DNA of 64,000 bases, taken from Phaeosaccion multiseriatum (lineage: Eukaryota > Protista > Ochrophyta, other classes). The notes under the pieces are model-generated. The model ran no database searches, was not told the origin of the DNA, and was given only the letters and a program-made list of their open reading frames with translations. The stretch covers positions 4,650,001 to 4,714,000 of the forward strand of contig OZ218950.1 of NCBI GenBank assembly GCA_965112735.1. Reading direction: 5' to 3'. The position numbers and the translations under genes were made by a program. This document shows, in pieces, positions 62,801-64,000 of this stretch. The number at the start of each line of letters is the position of its first letter. Position 1 is the stretch's first letter.

Positions 62801-64000
62801 TCTCAGCCCGGCCCAACTGTCTCCGATATCGACCGATGTGTAAAGGAGGTAGCGCCCTCAAAGCTGCAAGATTCCTCTTCCGATCACCCCCTTTCACCCG
62901 AACGGGAGGTTTGACGGGGATCAAGTGGCTGAATCCGAAGTGGGGTTTGCCTCTCTCCTCTTTCTCGAAGGCAACTGCGATTCTGGTAACCAGGGTTATC
63001 CTGGCCCACCTCAGCACCTGAGCAGCGGCTCCGGCCAGGCCTCCTCAGCCGCGCTGCTCCCAGTAGTGGCAAGCAAGCGTGGGCGCACAGCTCTAGCGGC
63101 TGGCAGGTCAGCTCCAAGGTCCCAGGTCGAGCTCACTCAAACAGGACCAGACTATTTTGTTGACAACACGAAATTCGTTCTGTGTGGAACGAGACCCGTC
63201 CGCGCCCGACACTACTATTCCTACGTTACGCTGTGCACTCTCTTCCTGCTGTGTGCTGCTCTCTCCCTCTGTCCTTCGTCTGCTGTTCCTCCCACTCTCG
63301 GGCAGTCTGGATCCCTCTCTAGCAGGACAGCACAGAGCTCATGTGGGCCCTCTTCTGTGTGATAATATATAAATCAGGCTCCAAAAATGCGGCATGGAAT
63401 TTTTGGGGTCCCAAAAATCTCCGAAGTACGAATTGGATCGCGAAGCCTCACTTGGCGGCAAGCGGGATCCAGGACGTGCGAGAGAGGCGTTTTCGGGAGG
63501 CTCTCACAACTGAGGCTTCGGCAGCAGCAGCCGAGACGCCAGTGTAGAGGAGGTACTAGCACGGTGGGCAAGGCAGTCAAGGCAGTCCACAGTGGGAGGA
63601 GCAGCGGCAGCAGCAGTCGTGCCGAGAATCGAAGAAACGCCAACGGCAGGGCCTCTCAAGAGGTCTGAGGACGACCTAAACCGCCTTGTTTCCCTCGAAA
63701 GGGCCGCTTGTTTTCTGACTTGGGCTGACCTCGAAGAGTCCCAGGTTGGAATATAGGACTAGCCTGACTGAGAACAGGAAGGCAGAATTACGGCAGTGGT
63801 GGGCAATCCAAGCACTTGATACAGACTTGTGTTTGGAAAGGGGGAAGGGTCGAAGTGGCCTGTCTTCGAGCTTGCCGCGGAGACGCCATGAAGACTGCAG
63901 CAGGATTGCCGGGATGGGCAGCAGCAGCGGCGGCGGGAGCATCTGCTTTGCTGATGGCGATGCCCGGGGCTCAAGGTGTGTGTGTGAGAGAGAGAGAGAG

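Noticed and set aside
62925-64000. Short ORFs at the right edge
   Set aside because: No recognisable motif or consistent exon structure; may be UTR or part of a neighbouring gene.

Overview
Eukaryotic nuclear DNA. It is GC-rich and gene-dense, with short spliceosomal introns full of microsatellites. Signal-peptide-plus-transit-like N-termini suggest an alga with a secondary plastid, probably an ochrophyte (inference). About 16 protein-coding loci can be assembled by eye: RABL3-like GTPase, F-box/LRR protein, PPME1, multicopper oxidase, a 953-aa low-complexity ORF, OSCA/TMEM63 channel, a small membrane protein, a 305-aa orphan, CDP-DAG synthase, a Pta-N-terminus-like AAA_26/DRTGG protein, ADCK kinase, ALKBH7, WDR18/IPI3, an unknown secreted or plastid protein, a SAP-domain AP endonuclease, and an 8-exon ~1694-aa membrane protein. 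That last gene is the main candidate novelty: it fuses an SGNH/PC-esterase-like domain, an acyltransferase-3 domain and a GH130/GT91-like beta-propeller, suggesting a single-chain glycan acylation and processing enzyme. Also present are a MITE with perfect 23-bp TIRs and a 6-bp TSD, a related palindromic element, a decayed DUF6729-like (transposon-associated) locus, and a G-rich repeat anchored at the 5' splice site of introns in two unrelated genes. All family assignments come from motif recognition, not database searches.
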